From positions 1-64,000 of IMG/VR virus record IMGVR_UViG_3300021961_010439: a DNA stretch of 64,000 nt; one strand, written 5' to 3'. The notes beneath the pieces are model-generated. The model was not told the DNA's origin and did not search any database. It saw only the letters and a program-made list of their open reading frames with translations. The position numbers and the translations under genes were made by a program. Below, piece after piece: positions 10,655-21,531 of the stretch. Each line of letters starts with the position of its first letter. The first letter of the stretch is position 1. Origin of the DNA: a virus.

Positions 10655-13600
10655 TGTCTCAATGTGATATTTTTTCTAAGCCATTTTCTGCTACTGCTAC
10701 AGATATTAATAGATGGAATATACAACTAGGTTGGTTACAATCACTAATACCTAGTTTTAATGCTAATACTAGCGGTATATGGCAACCTATTATCTTAAAT
10801 AGACAAAGATCTGGACCAACAGAATACGGAAAATTATTAAGTTTTCCAAAAAATACTAATGATAGTGAAGTAGCTCCATGTGAATGTACTTTAAATCCGA
10901 GTAGAATTTCTAGAAATGTTCAACAAAAACTTGTTGCTTTTAGTGAATATTGGCCTGGTGATCCTGAAGATGGGATTTTTTGTGATTATTGTGAGACTAT
11001 TAGAGTAGAAACTCCAAAATATAATAATTGTATTGTTAATGTAAATTATATACCAAAAAGAGAAGGGGTACAAGCAGGAATAGTTACATGGCCACCGGAG
11101 CCAGAGGCTCAAGGTAATGCAGGAGTTTTTACTCCTACTTGTTGTCAAGGTGGTTGTGATACGAGAGCATTAACAGATGATTTATCTCCTAAAATACCAT
11201 ATTTATATACTAATTATCATACAAAGTTTAGTGACTTTAAATATCATAAACAATTTCCTTCTATTACTAATCCTGGTTTGGGTTATGAAAAATTTGCAAC
11301 ATATAATGGTTCTTTTAATGGTATAGCTCTTAGTAATATGAGTTTGAATATAGATTGGACATTAGAGCCAAGATTGGGAGAGATAGAACCACCAAGTAAT
11401 CATACAGATACATATCATGAGAATATGTATTCTCATAAAAAATCATATAAAAATTATTTGCTATCTAATAAAACATGTGGTAATTTTATACTAACAGAAG
11501 TTAATAGATCTACTAGTATAGCTACTTTACAAGAAGCTAGAATGGTTAAAATTAGTGGTATAAATTTAGGCTCCGGCGTTAGGGATTATTTAAATTCACT
11601 AGATACCGTTATACCACCAACTACAAAATTTACTATACCATATGGCATAAGAGATGATACTCATTGGAACATATTCCTAAAAAAACCCTTCGATAAAGAA
11701 GGAGGGTTCTGGAAATGGAACATATCTTCCGGAGTTATCGGCTGGTATAGATATTATGATAGAGATAGAACCAATGACACAAGACCCATTCCGGGTATAG
11801 ATTTATATATTAGTGATGGAGATGTCTTTTTTGCAACAAATGATGGTCCTGAACCAAATGCTGTTCCTGTAGGCGATGGTAATTGTAATCCTAGAGTATG
11901 TCCATCTGGTTTAAAACTAAGTAATTATACTCTTATTAGTAGTAGCGGACAAATTACGGTAGTTCCTAGTGGATCACAATTCATCTATATATCATCTAAT
12001 TTATATGATAAAGTATTTTCCATTATGGAAAAAATTATTGTTAAATATCGTACAGATTTATCTTTACCCAATCTAAAATATAAAGACATTTTATCCACTG
12101 CGGCCATATTAGCAACCGGTCCAGAATTTGATGGTATTACAGTTGATACTTTTTCTACCGCTCCTCAATATACTAATTTAGATAAAAAAGAATTTGTAAA
12201 TTTAATTAATAACAGATCAGATCGTCCGCAACAACCTATTACAGTTGCACAAATTGATGCATATTTATCAACAAATCCAGTAATCGATATTTATGGTAGA
12301 GATGCAGATGTTGTGAAAAAATTAACCAATAAGCCTATGGTGTCATATAATGGATTAAATATGATAGGCACTACTGGAGATTTGATAGACACATTGATAC
12401 ATAAATATGGGTCATATTTATTTTTACCTAAAAATTCTATCGGCACTGTAGAAATTAATAATACCATATATACCCATGCTGCAATAGATATAAATTTTGA
12501 ACCAATTGTTTTAAAATCTGATACATATAATTCTACAACACTTAATAATCCAAGACTAGATTGTAGTTCAACTATTCGAGGAAATACCAAAATTTTTGGA
12601 TATGATCAAACATTTCAAATAGGCAGTTCTGTTCTGAGAAGTAAGATTATAGATACTAGTCTAGCATATAACACTATCTGCACTGGAAATCCTCCTGTGA
12701 GCACCATTTATAGTGCTGTTAATACTATGAGCGTTTATGCTAATAATGAAAGAATATTTAGTCAAGCAATAGGTGAGTCTATTACTAAATTTACAGATCT
12801 TTATTCTAGATTCCCATCTGTATCATCAGTATTAAGTCCACCAAATATGACATATAATGGTAATGTAACCGCAGGATTTAATTTTCAAGATTTAAATGAG
12901 TACGAAGATGGTTATAATGACGCTGGTGTTTATACATTAGCACCAGATAAACAATTAAGATTAAATAGAGCGTATAATGCTTTAGCGGCACATTCTGCTA
13001 TAGACCTAGTGGCTTTTCATCAAGATGGAGGATTTTTTTATGATAGTACGATGCTAAATAAGTATCCTGGCACAGGAACAGTGGCTTTTATTAAAAATTA
13101 TAGGCCAAATAGAATTAAAAGTAGACCCATAATTACTTTTGAAACATATGATATAGCATTAAAAATATATGATATGGAGATATACAAACTAAGAGATCCT
13201 AATAATTTATCCTGCAAAACTATGCCAACAGATCAAACATGTAAATGTTGGGGCCTTGATATTGTTGAAAATTATCCATATAAATGTAGTAATTCTACAT
13301 TAGAACTAAAAACTCCTGAGTTGTATACTCCATTTTTATCCACAGCTTCTAATCCAGGATTAGCATATGGAGGATATCCATTGGAAAAAGTGCAAGAAAT
13401 ATTAGGAGATTTTAGAATTCCAGGTCATCCAGCGCCTGGCGCCAATTTACCATATACAGATAAATCTATTACATTAAATAATGTTTTAGGTTGTAAATAT
13501 ACTGCTAGTATGAATTTATCTACATATGTAAATGCTAACTGGAAAATTAGGTTACCGGACTGGGATACTACAAATGGTGATATTTGGGTTTATTTCACAG

Positions 13601-16600
13601 ATGCTGATGATTTTACACAATCACGAAATGGCACCAGACTTAGCATAAATGGAATATTAGTTAATGCAAATTCTCAGGTAAATTTAGGCAAGATAGGTAG
13701 AGATTTGAACATTACTGTTACTAATATATTTTTAGATGCTGTATTACCAACTTTAGTAAGTGAAAATAATGGAGAAACAGCAACATCTACTACAAATTTA
13801 TATCATCCTAATATTTTTCCATGTTCTTTTGAAAAGTTTTCTTCCAATGATATTTTGCAACAAACACGAACTATTAGTATCACTTTTGGTTTAGTTCCAG
13901 CACAAACTAAGGTTGTATTCTCGTTGCCTCCGATACAAAGCTTGGGGGTATTTAGGGTTGCTCAATTTGATCCTAATTCTGGGATTATGCCAGGATCTCA
14001 TGGATCAGCATTGGAACTGAAAAATAATGGTATGTTTATTTTTAATTATGATGATAGAGTATTTAATAATAATACTGTTAGATATGACACAAACCACAAA
14101 ACATATAGTGGAGTTATTGATCTAAAACAAGCTTTAAGATACAATAATTTATTAGATTTACTTCTACATAGTAAAAAATCAAGATTATATATTAAAAATA
14201 ATGGATTTTGGTATGAATATGAAGATCATAGATCTTTTGGTTATTATAATTTAAATACGGAAACACAATATTATGGATGGCCAACAGTATTTTCTCAAAA
14301 TAATCATACTTTACTAGAATCAAATATTGGCAATATTATTCCAGCTATTCCAAAAGTGCCTTTAGAATATGTATACATGCCATCAAAAATCATGGCAAGT
14401 AATAAAAATAAGGTTATCAAGCAGAATTTAACGGATAAATGGTATCCAATGCTTGATCTTTTTTTTATTAGAGATCCGATAGATCATAAAATAGTTTATA
14501 TAGAAGGATCTAGGGCTTATTTTGGACTACTAGATCGGAATAATATAGAATATAATAGAGCTACTGGAAGAGATTTTTATGTTCTTAATGAAGATATTAC
14601 ATATTCATATAAAGAAGTAGCTCATGAATTATATGAAATAGCAAAAACACGAACAATAATCCCAGTTATTCTTACCAATAAAAATAGTGTTATAAATAAT
14701 CCTGATGAGGCTTTTGTTCCAGAATTCTATAATACTGTTGATGAAAAATCTATAGTTGTAAATTTAATACTTTTCGCTAGTGGAAATGTTAATTATCCAT
14801 TAATAGATAATAAATACAATAATATCTTTACTAAGTTAAAACTAAATAAAGATGTAGATATACCATTTGGTAATTTATATGTAACAGATAGTGATGCCGA
14901 AGGTGCTTTCAAGTATATTAGTTTAACTGCTTTTGCAACTGTGCCAATAGAAAATTCTACTAATTTAAATAGTTTGATAGATATGAGCAGTTCTAAGGCT
15001 AAAGGAACGGGAGTTTTTGGTAGTATTGGTCCTTATGGTAGTAGCAAATGGTCAGACAAATATTATTATTCTAGTTATGATATACTAAATAGTCAAATTA
15101 TTGAGTATCAAATTAAACAAGCATATAATCCCTATATATATACTAATACTTTATCTCAATTAATAAGTAATAATTTATATAGATCACAATATAGAATATC
15201 TTCCGTTCCTTGGTCTGATGGTGGTACTGCAGATCGAAGAGATGGAATGATTCAGTCAGTATTAGATCCAGTTGGATTTTGGAATGTTACTCTTTATAGT
15301 GGTAACTTAGATCCCGTATCTCATCAAGAAAAAATAAAATTTTCTGGCGTGCCTTTTACTCATTATATACATCGTCCATTTAGTTTAGGGCGTAATGATA
15401 TATATGATAAATCAATTTCTAGATATAATCTATTTAAAAATGAAAATGGTCTTATTGATATTAATTTATTAACTACTCCATTATATAAGAATAGCATAAG
15501 TCAAAATTTAATAGATAAATTAGACTTAAAAGTTGGTAATGATATTTACGATTTTGGTATTTTAAAAATGAGTGGTGTTCATAGGCCAGCATTTAGTATG
15601 CCACCATCTGGGATTACCCACGATGGCATTAATTTAATTTTAGACTTAAATCCTAAATTTAGACTCAAACCTATACCAGTGTCTGTAAATGCATCAGTTA
15701 TTTATTCAGATACTTTTGTTATTAATGATCCATATGATGTATATGCAGGGGTTAGGGTTTCTAGTAATATAGATCCAGGAGTAAATACTAGTGAATGTAC
15801 TAATATTATTTTGCCAAATATTGGTGTTCCAGGAGATGTTGGATCATCACAAACATTTAATTGGGCAAGATTTAATAAAGAAACCACATTTGGCGATCCA
15901 TATATACAATATCCTATATTATGCGATAAGGATACTGGAACAACTTGTTCAAAAGGTACTCTTTCTATAACACCAGTAGGTTCTGTTAAAGCACAATCTA
16001 GATTTCATAATTATATTTATCAATATGATACTATTAGCAGTTTAGGGGATGAAATAGAGCTAGGTATTTCTATAGATGCTGGTTTATATACTAGCTTAGG
16101 AACTACTAGATCAGTACCATATGTTAGTAGAGCAAATTTTTCAGCATACACTCCTTTATTGCCAACTTTTAATTTATTAAACAGTCCTTCTTGCATAGGT
16201 GGAGCTTCTTATGTGCCTTTAGAACATAATCTTAGATCATGGGATGGTCTTTTTCAAACAGAAATAGCTAATAATTTAGTAGATAATCTTAATATAGATA
16301 TATGGGCTAATGAAATTTTATTTAGAACATTGTATGGATCTAGAGAGAAAATAGGCTTTAATAATATATCAAAATCTTATTCAGATAATATTATTGGTAG
16401 AGAAAGTATATTAGATAATCTTGTTAATAAAACATCTAGTAGCTTAGTATCATTATATGACAGCATACCTATGGACTATGACACCGCTGCTGCTCCAAAT
16501 AATTTAAAAATAGCTGGCACAGTAAATATAATTGGTAAGGGAGCCGTAGGAGATAATATTCAGTTTTATTTTAATGACACCTTATATAATATTCGTATCA

Positions 16601-18771
16601 CAGAAAATAGTAATGGAGATATTATTGCTGAGTGTCCTGAGATAAATGCTAAAGGATTATTATGGCAAAATTTTGTTACTTCGACATCTTACTCAATCAG
16701 AGAAATAGATAGTGGAGCTAGTACTGTTATAGGAAATAATGTTACCGAAAATATTATAGGAAGATGTAGAACTGCTGGATCAACTAGTGTTAGTGCGTCT
16801 TGTGTATGTGGTGGTAATGGCGAAGGATATAAACAAAAACTATATTTAGGATGTTTTCCTTATGATACTTGTTATCCAAATGCTGTAGATATTACTAATG
16901 ATTTTTATCCAGAAGGGGTCGGTGGGTCTTGGCCATCCTTTAGCGTGCCATCATGTTCAGCATTTCCTATAAAAGATAAAAATTCTAATAATAGCGCTGG
17001 ACCTATTGATGCTGGATGGACAAGATATGGTATATCTTTTGGTTTTAATGCTCCTGTTGGTGGAGAAAGTATTGGATTAGAATGTGGATCTTGGAGCGCT
17101 AGTTTAGGACAAGGAACATCTTGTTGTCCAGATAGCGAAGTACCCGAGGCCAATCGCTCACCGGGAGCAGGGTTGTTTAATAATGGTAGATCAATTATTA
17201 GCTATAATATTAATAATTGTCATTATAGTTTTACTCTAAAGGGAGTAGTAGAAAATAGTATACATAGAGCCGCAACTTTAAATTTTGTTAATCCGACTCC
17301 TAATCAATGTGTTCAGGGTCCTCCGATATTCGCTTCAGAAGGTAAAGTCGATGGTAGTTTGTGTGACTGTAATAATCCAGATGTCTGCTATGGTGGTGGT
17401 AGTGATAGGTTTGTAAACTGTGAGGCTTATATGCAATACTGTGTGCCAGCAGTAGATGAAGGATTCAGTGACGCATGCAATTTTGCAAATTTTGGTCAAT
17501 GTTGTAAAGATTTTTGTTCAGGTAGTTCTTTTCCTAGAAGACCAGGTTTTTGTTTCGAATATGAAGAATCACAAGGTCCAGAACAATATGAGATATCTTC
17601 AACTTCATCCCCAGGAATACAATATGAGGTTGTAGAAACTATTACAACTAGCGCATCAACAACAGTATATACAGCTAATTGTGATAAATTTATTGCTAGT
17701 ATAATATATGATAATAATCAATTAAAAATTAGTTTAGGAACTAAACATGTTGTAAACAATATTGTAATTTATAATGGTGGAAATTGTACTCCTTTGGGTA
17801 TTTCACAGTGTCCGAGTTTAAGAATAGTATTTCCTGATGGAACATATAGTGCAGATCATTCTCAAGATAATAGTTGTACAAGATGTAAGAATCAAAATAA
17901 TATTATTGAGATTACAGAATCTCCAACTTTTGATTTAATTACAGAAACTAGATATTGTATATTAGGAATATTTAGTTATGTTACTCCTATGGAGGCTAAT
18001 AGAACTGCGGGATTCCCATGTCCTGGAACACCAAGCCAAGTAGAAAGTCTAAATTATAGGATAAGAGAATGTAATAAACCTCTCGAAAGTTATTTAATCG
18101 GCGGAACAGCATATTCTGCATGGCATTATTATTTACCTAGTCCAGCATTGGCCTTAGAAACATTACAGAAACCAGAAAAATCAGCGTGTTCTTTCCAACC
18201 ATATTTATCTGATGCTGTTATGGTCGGAGTTAGTAATGTAATGAGCAATCAAGCTTCCGCATCTGCTACTATAGACGCTTGGAAAAGTAGCATGAACGAG
18301 GCTTTTTTAACAAAAAGTTTTTGTTTTAATGGTGGAGTAGATGCTGATGATATTATAGAAGGGCCAATTCCAGGATCATGTTCTTTAAATTTTGGTGGTG
18401 GAAGTTGGCCGGTTTGGGCAGTAAGAACAAAAAGATCATTAACTGCTGGCATAGATTGGGAATATGATTCCGAAGTTTCTCAAACTTCAGCGAGCGCTTT
18501 GGTGGCCTATGTGTCATACTCATATAAGCGTCCAGTGAGTATAGGTGAACAATTTATTGATAAAGAAATTCGTGGAGAATGCGCAAGCTTTTTCGGACCA
18601 GCTCCTAAAAATGGAGTATGTGCTTCGACATCATATAATATGAAAGAAGTATTTAAGAGCAGAGAAACTATTGATAGTAATTGCGTTAGTAATCCAACAT
18701 GTTATGATAGTACTAAAGGGTGTGCCCCAGATAATTATTGTTGTGGTGGAAATCTTATAAATGGAGGATAG
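10651..18771 (+). CDS. Giant Cys-rich putative receptor-binding/tail protein (2706 aa)
   Basis: ATGA overlap with the upstream gene; about 39 Cys in the last ~670 aa (manual count); last large gene of the structural block. Confidence 0.45.
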   Translation: MMSQCDIFSKPFSATATDINRWNIQLGWLQSLIPSFNANTSGIWQPIILNRQRSGPTEYGKLLSFPKNTNDSEVAPCECTLNPSRISRNVQQKLVAFSEYWPGDPEDGIFCDYCETIRVETPKYNNCIVNVNYIPKREGVQAGIVTWPPEPEAQGNAGVFTPTCCQGGCDTRALTDDLSPKIPYLYTNYHTKFSDFKYHKQFPSITNPGLGYEKFATYNGSFNGIALSNMSLNIDWTLEPRLGEIEPPSNHTDTYHENMYSHKKSYKNYLLSNKTCGNFILTEVNRSTSIATLQEARMVKISGINLGSGVRDYLNSLDTVIPPTTKFTIPYGIRDDTHWNIFLKKPFDKEGGFWKWNISSGVIGWYRYYDRDRTNDTRPIPGIDLYISDGDVFFATNDGPEPNAVPVGDGNCNPRVCPSGLKLSNYTLISSSGQITVVPSGSQFIYISSNLYDKVFSIMEKIIVKYRTDLSLPNLKYKDILSTAAILATGPEFDGITVDTFSTAPQYTNLDKKEFVNLINNRSDRPQQPITVAQIDAYLSTNPVIDIYGRDADVVKKLTNKPMVSYNGLNMIGTTGDLIDTLIHKYGSYLFLPKNSIGTVEINNTIYTHAAIDINFEPIVLKSDTYNSTTLNNPRLDCSSTIRGNTKIFGYDQTFQIGSSVLRSKIIDTSLAYNTICTGNPPVSTIYSAVNTMSVYANNERIFSQAIGESITKFTDLYSRFPSVSSVLSPPNMTYNGNVTAGFNFQDLNEYEDGYNDAGVYTLAPDKQLRLNRAYNALAAHSAIDLVAFHQDGGFFYDSTMLNKYPGTGTVAFIKNYRPNRIKSRPIITFETYDIALKIYDMEIYKLRDPNNLSCKTMPTDQTCKCWGLDIVENYPYKCSNSTLELKTPELYTPFLSTASNPGLAYGGYPLEKVQEILGDFRIPGHPAPGANLPYTDKSITLNNVLGCKYTASMNLSTYVNANWKIRLPDWDTTNGDIWVYFTDADDFTQSRNGTRLSINGILVNANSQVNLGKIGRDLNITVTNIFLDAVLPTLVSENNGETATSTTNLYHPNIFPCSFEKFSSNDILQQTRTISITFGLVPAQTKVVFSLPPIQSLGVFRVAQFDPNSGIMPGSHGSALELKNNGMFIFNYDDRVFNNNTVRYDTNHKTYSGVIDLKQALRYNNLLDLLLHSKKSRLYIKNNGFWYEYEDHRSFGYYNLNTETQYYGWPTVFSQNNHTLLESNIGNIIPAIPKVPLEYVYMPSKIMASNKNKVIKQNLTDKWYPMLDLFFIRDPIDHKIVYIEGSRAYFGLLDRNNIEYNRATGRDFYVLNEDITYSYKEVAHELYEIAKTRTIIPVILTNKNSVINNPDEAFVPEFYNTVDEKSIVVNLILFASGNVNYPLIDNKYNNIFTKLKLNKDVDIPFGNLYVTDSDAEGAFKYISLTAFATVPIENSTNLNSLIDMSSSKAKGTGVFGSIGPYGSSKWSDKYYYSSYDILNSQIIEYQIKQAYNPYIYTNTLSQLISNNLYRSQYRISSVPWSDGGTADRRDGMIQSVLDPVGFWNVTLYSGNLDPVSHQEKIKFSGVPFTHYIHRPFSLGRNDIYDKSISRYNLFKNENGLIDINLLTTPLYKNSISQNLIDKLDLKVGNDIYDFGILKMSGVHRPAFSMPPSGITHDGINLILDLNPKFRLKPIPVSVNASVIYSDTFVINDPYDVYAGVRVSSNIDPGVNTSECTNIILPNIGVPGDVGSSQTFNWARFNKETTFGDPYIQYPILCDKDTGTTCSKGTLSITPVGSVKAQSRFHNYIYQYDTISSLGDEIELGISIDAGLYTSLGTTRSVPYVSRANFSAYTPLLPTFNLLNSPSCIGGASYVPLEHNLRSWDGLFQTEIANNLVDNLNIDIWANEILFRTLYGSREKIGFNNISKSYSDNIIGRESILDNLVNKTSSSLVSLYDSIPMDYDTAAAPNNLKIAGTVNIIGKGAVGDNIQFYFNDTLYNIRITENSNGDIIAECPEINAKGLLWQNFVTSTSYSIREIDSGASTVIGNNVTENIIGRCRTAGSTSVSASCVCGGNGEGYKQKLYLGCFPYDTCYPNAVDITNDFYPEGVGGSWPSFSVPSCSAFPIKDKNSNNSAGPIDAGWTRYGISFGFNAPVGGESIGLECGSWSASLGQGTSCCPDSEVPEANRSPGAGLFNNGRSIISYNINNCHYSFTLKGVVENSIHRAATLNFVNPTPNQCVQGPPIFASEGKVDGSLCDCNNPDVCYGGGSDRFVNCEAYMQYCVPAVDEGFSDACNFANFGQCCKDFCSGSSFPRRPGFCFEYEESQGPEQYEISSTSSPGIQYEVVETITTSASTTVYTANCDKFIASIIYDNNQLKISLGTKHVVNNIVIYNGGNCTPLGISQCPSLRIVFPDGTYSADHSQDNSCTRCKNQNNIIEITESPTFDLITETRYCILGIFSYVTPMEANRTAGFPCPGTPSQVESLNYRIRECNKPLESYLIGGTAYSAWHYYLPSPALALETLQKPEKSACSFQPYLSDAVMVGVSNVMSNQASASATIDAWKSSMNEAFLTKSFCFNGGVDADDIIEGPIPGSCSLNFGGGSWPVWAVRTKRSLTAGIDWEYDSEVSQTSASALVAYVSYSYKRPVSIGEQFIDKEIRGECASFFGPAPKNGVCASTSYNMKEVFKSRETIDSNCVSNPTCYDSTKGCAPDNYCCGGNLINGG

Positions 18772-18772
18772 T

Positions 18773-19249
18773 ATGAATTTTTTTTGTGAGTTCGTTGATA
18801 CAAATACGACATTTAAGGGCAAAAAAATATATGAGTGTAAATATTGTAATATTAAATTAACTCTAGAAAATCCAGATACTAGAGTTTTATGCTTTAAAAA
18901 GCAAAGAGAATTAGAAACATTGTTAAATCCTCATATTGATCCTCCTATTGATAATATTAAAAGTGTTGATGATATAGTGTCGATAGCTCAACAACAACTA
19001 TATGAAAAGGGACCAATAACAGAGGATACTTTTAATCCATCAGCAGAATCAAAAGCTCAATCAGATAATTTATGTTCTAAAGAACAAATAGACCATAGAA
19101 TGTCAATTTGTCAAACATGCGAATATTTCAAAGAAAATTCATGTTTATTATGTGGATGTAATATTGTTAGAGAAAAGAACTATAACAATAAATTAGCACA
19201 GAAAAATCAGCATTGTCCAATATTCAAATGGAAAGAGATAAAGGATTAG
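18773..19249 (+). CDS. Small protein with two Cys clusters (C-terminal part DUF6171-like)
   Basis: GGAGGA RBS favours the ATG at 18773; motifs FCEF..CKYC..LC and CQTC..CLLCGC..HCP..W. Confidence 0.6.
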   Translation: MNFFCEFVDTNTTFKGKKIYECKYCNIKLTLENPDTRVLCFKKQRELETLLNPHIDPPIDNIKSVDDIVSIAQQQLYEKGPITEDTFNPSAESKAQSDNLCSKEQIDHRMSICQTCEYFKENSCLLCGCNIVREKNYNNKLAQKNQHCPIFKWKEIKD

Positions 19250-19572
19250 TCTTTATCTTTACCAGTCCATTTATGCCAACCTTTATTTTGTAGCCAATTT
19301 CCTTCGTCATCTTTACGCTTAGGAAATAATGTTCCACCCTTTTTGTGTTGGCCGAAAGCTAGTACCGCGCCGCAATCATTGCATCTTAATTCATAGTAAT
19401 CATTACTATCAACTGTTCTAACAACAAAGCGTAAATTATTTTTGCCACATAACCCACACTTTTCTTCTGCAAAAATTTCTTGAATAATAGCTAGTTCTTT
19501 AAAGATTTCTTTTTGTCCAGACCCTTCTAGTTCAAATTCTAGCTTATCTCCTACGCGGTACTTAACTTTCAT
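19246..19572 (-). CDS. Zn-ribbon hypothetical protein
   Basis: CGLC...CNDC pairs; immediately downstream of the annealing-protein gene. Confidence 0.6.
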   Translation of the reverse strand: MKVKYRVGDKLEFELEGSGQKEIFKELAIIQEIFAEEKCGLCGKNNLRFVVRTVDSNDYYELRCNDCGAVLAFGQHKKGGTLFPKRKDDEGNWLQNKGWHKWTGKDKD

Positions 19573-19579
19573 AGTTCAC

Positions 19580-20287
19580 CTACTTCCAATTTTGATCATA
19601 TATTTTAATATTATCAGGAATACTATCAACACTTTGTTGTAGTTTTGATAACTCTCTAATAATAGAAACAGCATTATCATGAGTCAAGTTTTTAATATTA
19701 TCATGGGGCAGATTCATGGATTCTATCAATTTAACCACATTAACATTAAGTCTTTTAGCAATAACATCCATAAAGCTAACCTGATTAGATGTTATTTTAC
19801 CAACACTATCCCCCATAACATCATCTTCCACATTTGTGGCTAATTCTTCTGCTGCTACAACTTTACGTAGTCTTAAAGCTCTTCGTAGTGCTCGTCCTTC
19901 CGCTCTTGTTTCCGCAACAGCAACGGGATGATTACGATAGATCTTGTCACAGTTACCCCAATAAACGTCCGCAGAGCCATCCACAGTCAAGGTATTAATA
20001 CCGTTTGGGTCGTCAGACTCTGGATTTAAACGATACGTTAACGAATGAACAACAGTTGCTCTTTTTTCGTTGTCTGGACTAGGAGATTGAGTTACCTGAG
20101 ATGTTGACGCTATTAACCTACATTTTAATGCTATTTCAAATATTCTTCGTAATCCATCAGTAGTAGGATTACCACTAATCTTTTCATCGTCTGATAATAA
20201 TCCTAGAACATAATCGTTCCATTCCAGATCATTAGGTGTAACAGTTACTTCTTTATCTTGCACAGGTTCCACACTTTTCTTAACCAT
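19580..20287 (-). CDS. Rad52/Sak-like single-strand annealing protein
   Basis: 'GSAD...HPVAVAETRAEGRALRRAL' resembles the Rad52-like core; C-terminal 'ITSNQVSF' helical domain; GGAG RBS. Confidence 0.55.
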   Translation of the reverse strand: MVKKSVEPVQDKEVTVTPNDLEWNDYVLGLLSDDEKISGNPTTDGLRRIFEIALKCRLIASTSQVTQSPSPDNEKRATVVHSLTYRLNPESDDPNGINTLTVDGSADVYWGNCDKIYRNHPVAVAETRAEGRALRRALRLRKVVAAEELATNVEDDVMGDSVGKITSNQVSFMDVIAKRLNVNVVKLIESMNLPHDNIKNLTHDNAVSIIRELSKLQQSVDSIPDNIKIYDQNWK

Positions 20288-20288
20288 T

Positions 20289-21089
20289 TTATTCTCCTAT
20301 TAGAATAGTTCTATTATCTATATCTGGAAATTTAATCTTAATTTTTTCTAGAATATCTCTTAGTTCTTGATATAACAACAATGCTCTAGATTTAGAAAAA
20401 TCTTTGCTTTGCTTAACCCTGATTAATACTAATCCTTTCCCCAAAATTAGTCCTGTTTTTTTATTATCGTATTTGATATTCTTTTTCAAAGCATCGTCGC
20501 CCCATACAGGAGCAAAATGAGATGGTCCGTCTACCTCTATCGCTACATTCATAGTAGGCAAAAAGATATCAATCTGCAACTTGGTGTTCAATAGTATTTG
20601 TTCTTTGTGAAACTCTACTTTGTAGCCATCGGCTATTAAATTATTAAGTAGGTATTTCTCTAATTTTGATCCTGTTTTACTAGTTTTTCTAACAGCTTCA
20701 TTTGCTGATTTTAGTATCTGCTCTTTAGTGTCTTCAGATAAGTTATTCCAATTATCTCTAGCAACTTGTTGTCTTTGTTGTTTTATATCATCAGAAAGTT
20801 CTTCCCAACTAATCATTACTGATTGTCCAATTTTTTCTTTGGTTTCTTCGTCTCTGGTTTGTCCTTTTGTGGGGTGTTTGTGTCTACCAGATTTTAGTGC
20901 TGTTTTTTGTGCAATGCTTTTATCTCGTAAAACTATCCCATATTTTTTTGCATCTCGGCGTATTCTATTAGCATATGTTGATAGCTTATCGGCTATGACT
21001 GCTAAGCTTTCTTTTTTATCACTATAAAGCTTTTTAATTATAGACTTTTTTTCTTGATCTGTCATTTTGTCATAAGCTTTGTATAACAT
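20289..21089 (-). CDS. Free-standing Vsr/DUF559-type endonuclease with HTH and NUMOD3-like motifs
   Basis: 'KGQTRDEETKEKIG' NUMOD3-like motif; 'SKLE...IDIFLP...AIEVDGPSH' catalytic pattern; GGAG RBS supports the start at 21089. Confidence 0.7.
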   Translation of the reverse strand: MLYKAYDKMTDQEKKSIIKKLYSDKKESLAVIADKLSTYANRIRRDAKKYGIVLRDKSIAQKTALKSGRHKHPTKGQTRDEETKEKIGQSVMISWEELSDDIKQQRQQVARDNWNNLSEDTKEQILKSANEAVRKTSKTGSKLEKYLLNNLIADGYKVEFHKEQILLNTKLQIDIFLPTMNVAIEVDGPSHFAPVWGDDALKKNIKYDNKKTGLILGKGLVLIRVKQSKDFSKSRALLLYQELRDILEKIKIKFPDIDNRTILIGE

Positions 21090-21531
21090 TCTGACACTCC
21101 TGTAAATTAAAACCATCTTGCATATTTAGGATTGGTTGATCAAAACAAATACTATATAAATCATATGTTTTTTTGTTAAGAGTAACTATTTTCGTTTGTG
21201 AATTTAGTAAATTGTTCCATGTTGTAGATGGGAGAAATTTGTTTTGCCAGACAATAGAATCGGCGATAAAAACTTTATGAGATGGTCCAGGAAAAGAGTT
21301 TATAATAGATAAAGAGTCTACGTCAAAACAAAATAGTATCCCATAAAAATAACGAGCATTTACAGACGGCAATAAGCAAAATTTACGATTATTATCTGTT
21401 TGTTCGTAAATAGTATTAAACAATATAGTATTAGTAGAGGACGTTGTTAATCCGTTAAGAACATCCACAATCAAGCGATGATGAGGCATGACTGTGATAT
21501 GGGGGCAATAAAATCCTATTTGATGTTTCAT
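21070..21531 (-). CDS. Hypothetical protein, possibly a lone GT-B N-terminal-like Rossmann domain
   Basis: Alternating beta/alpha pattern; last gene of the glycosyltransferase cluster. Confidence 0.35.
   Translation of the reverse strand: MKHQIGFYCPHITVMPHHRLIVDVLNGLTTSSTNTILFNTIYEQTDNNRKFCLLPSVNARYFYGILFCFDVDSLSIINSFPGPSHKVFIADSIVWQNKFLPSTTWNNLLNSQTKIVTLNKKTYDLYSICFDQPILNMQDGFNLQECQNVIQSL

Noticed and set aside
3806-18771. Abundant N-x-S/T sequons as evidence of N-glycosylation
   Set aside because: Expected from the high Asn/Ser/Thr content; enrichment would need a shuffle test, and no oligosaccharyltransferase is present.
2288-18822. Short antisense or alternate-frame ORFs inside the large + strand genes
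   Set aside because: Fully or almost fully nested in long genes, with no RBS or motifs; shadow ORFs.
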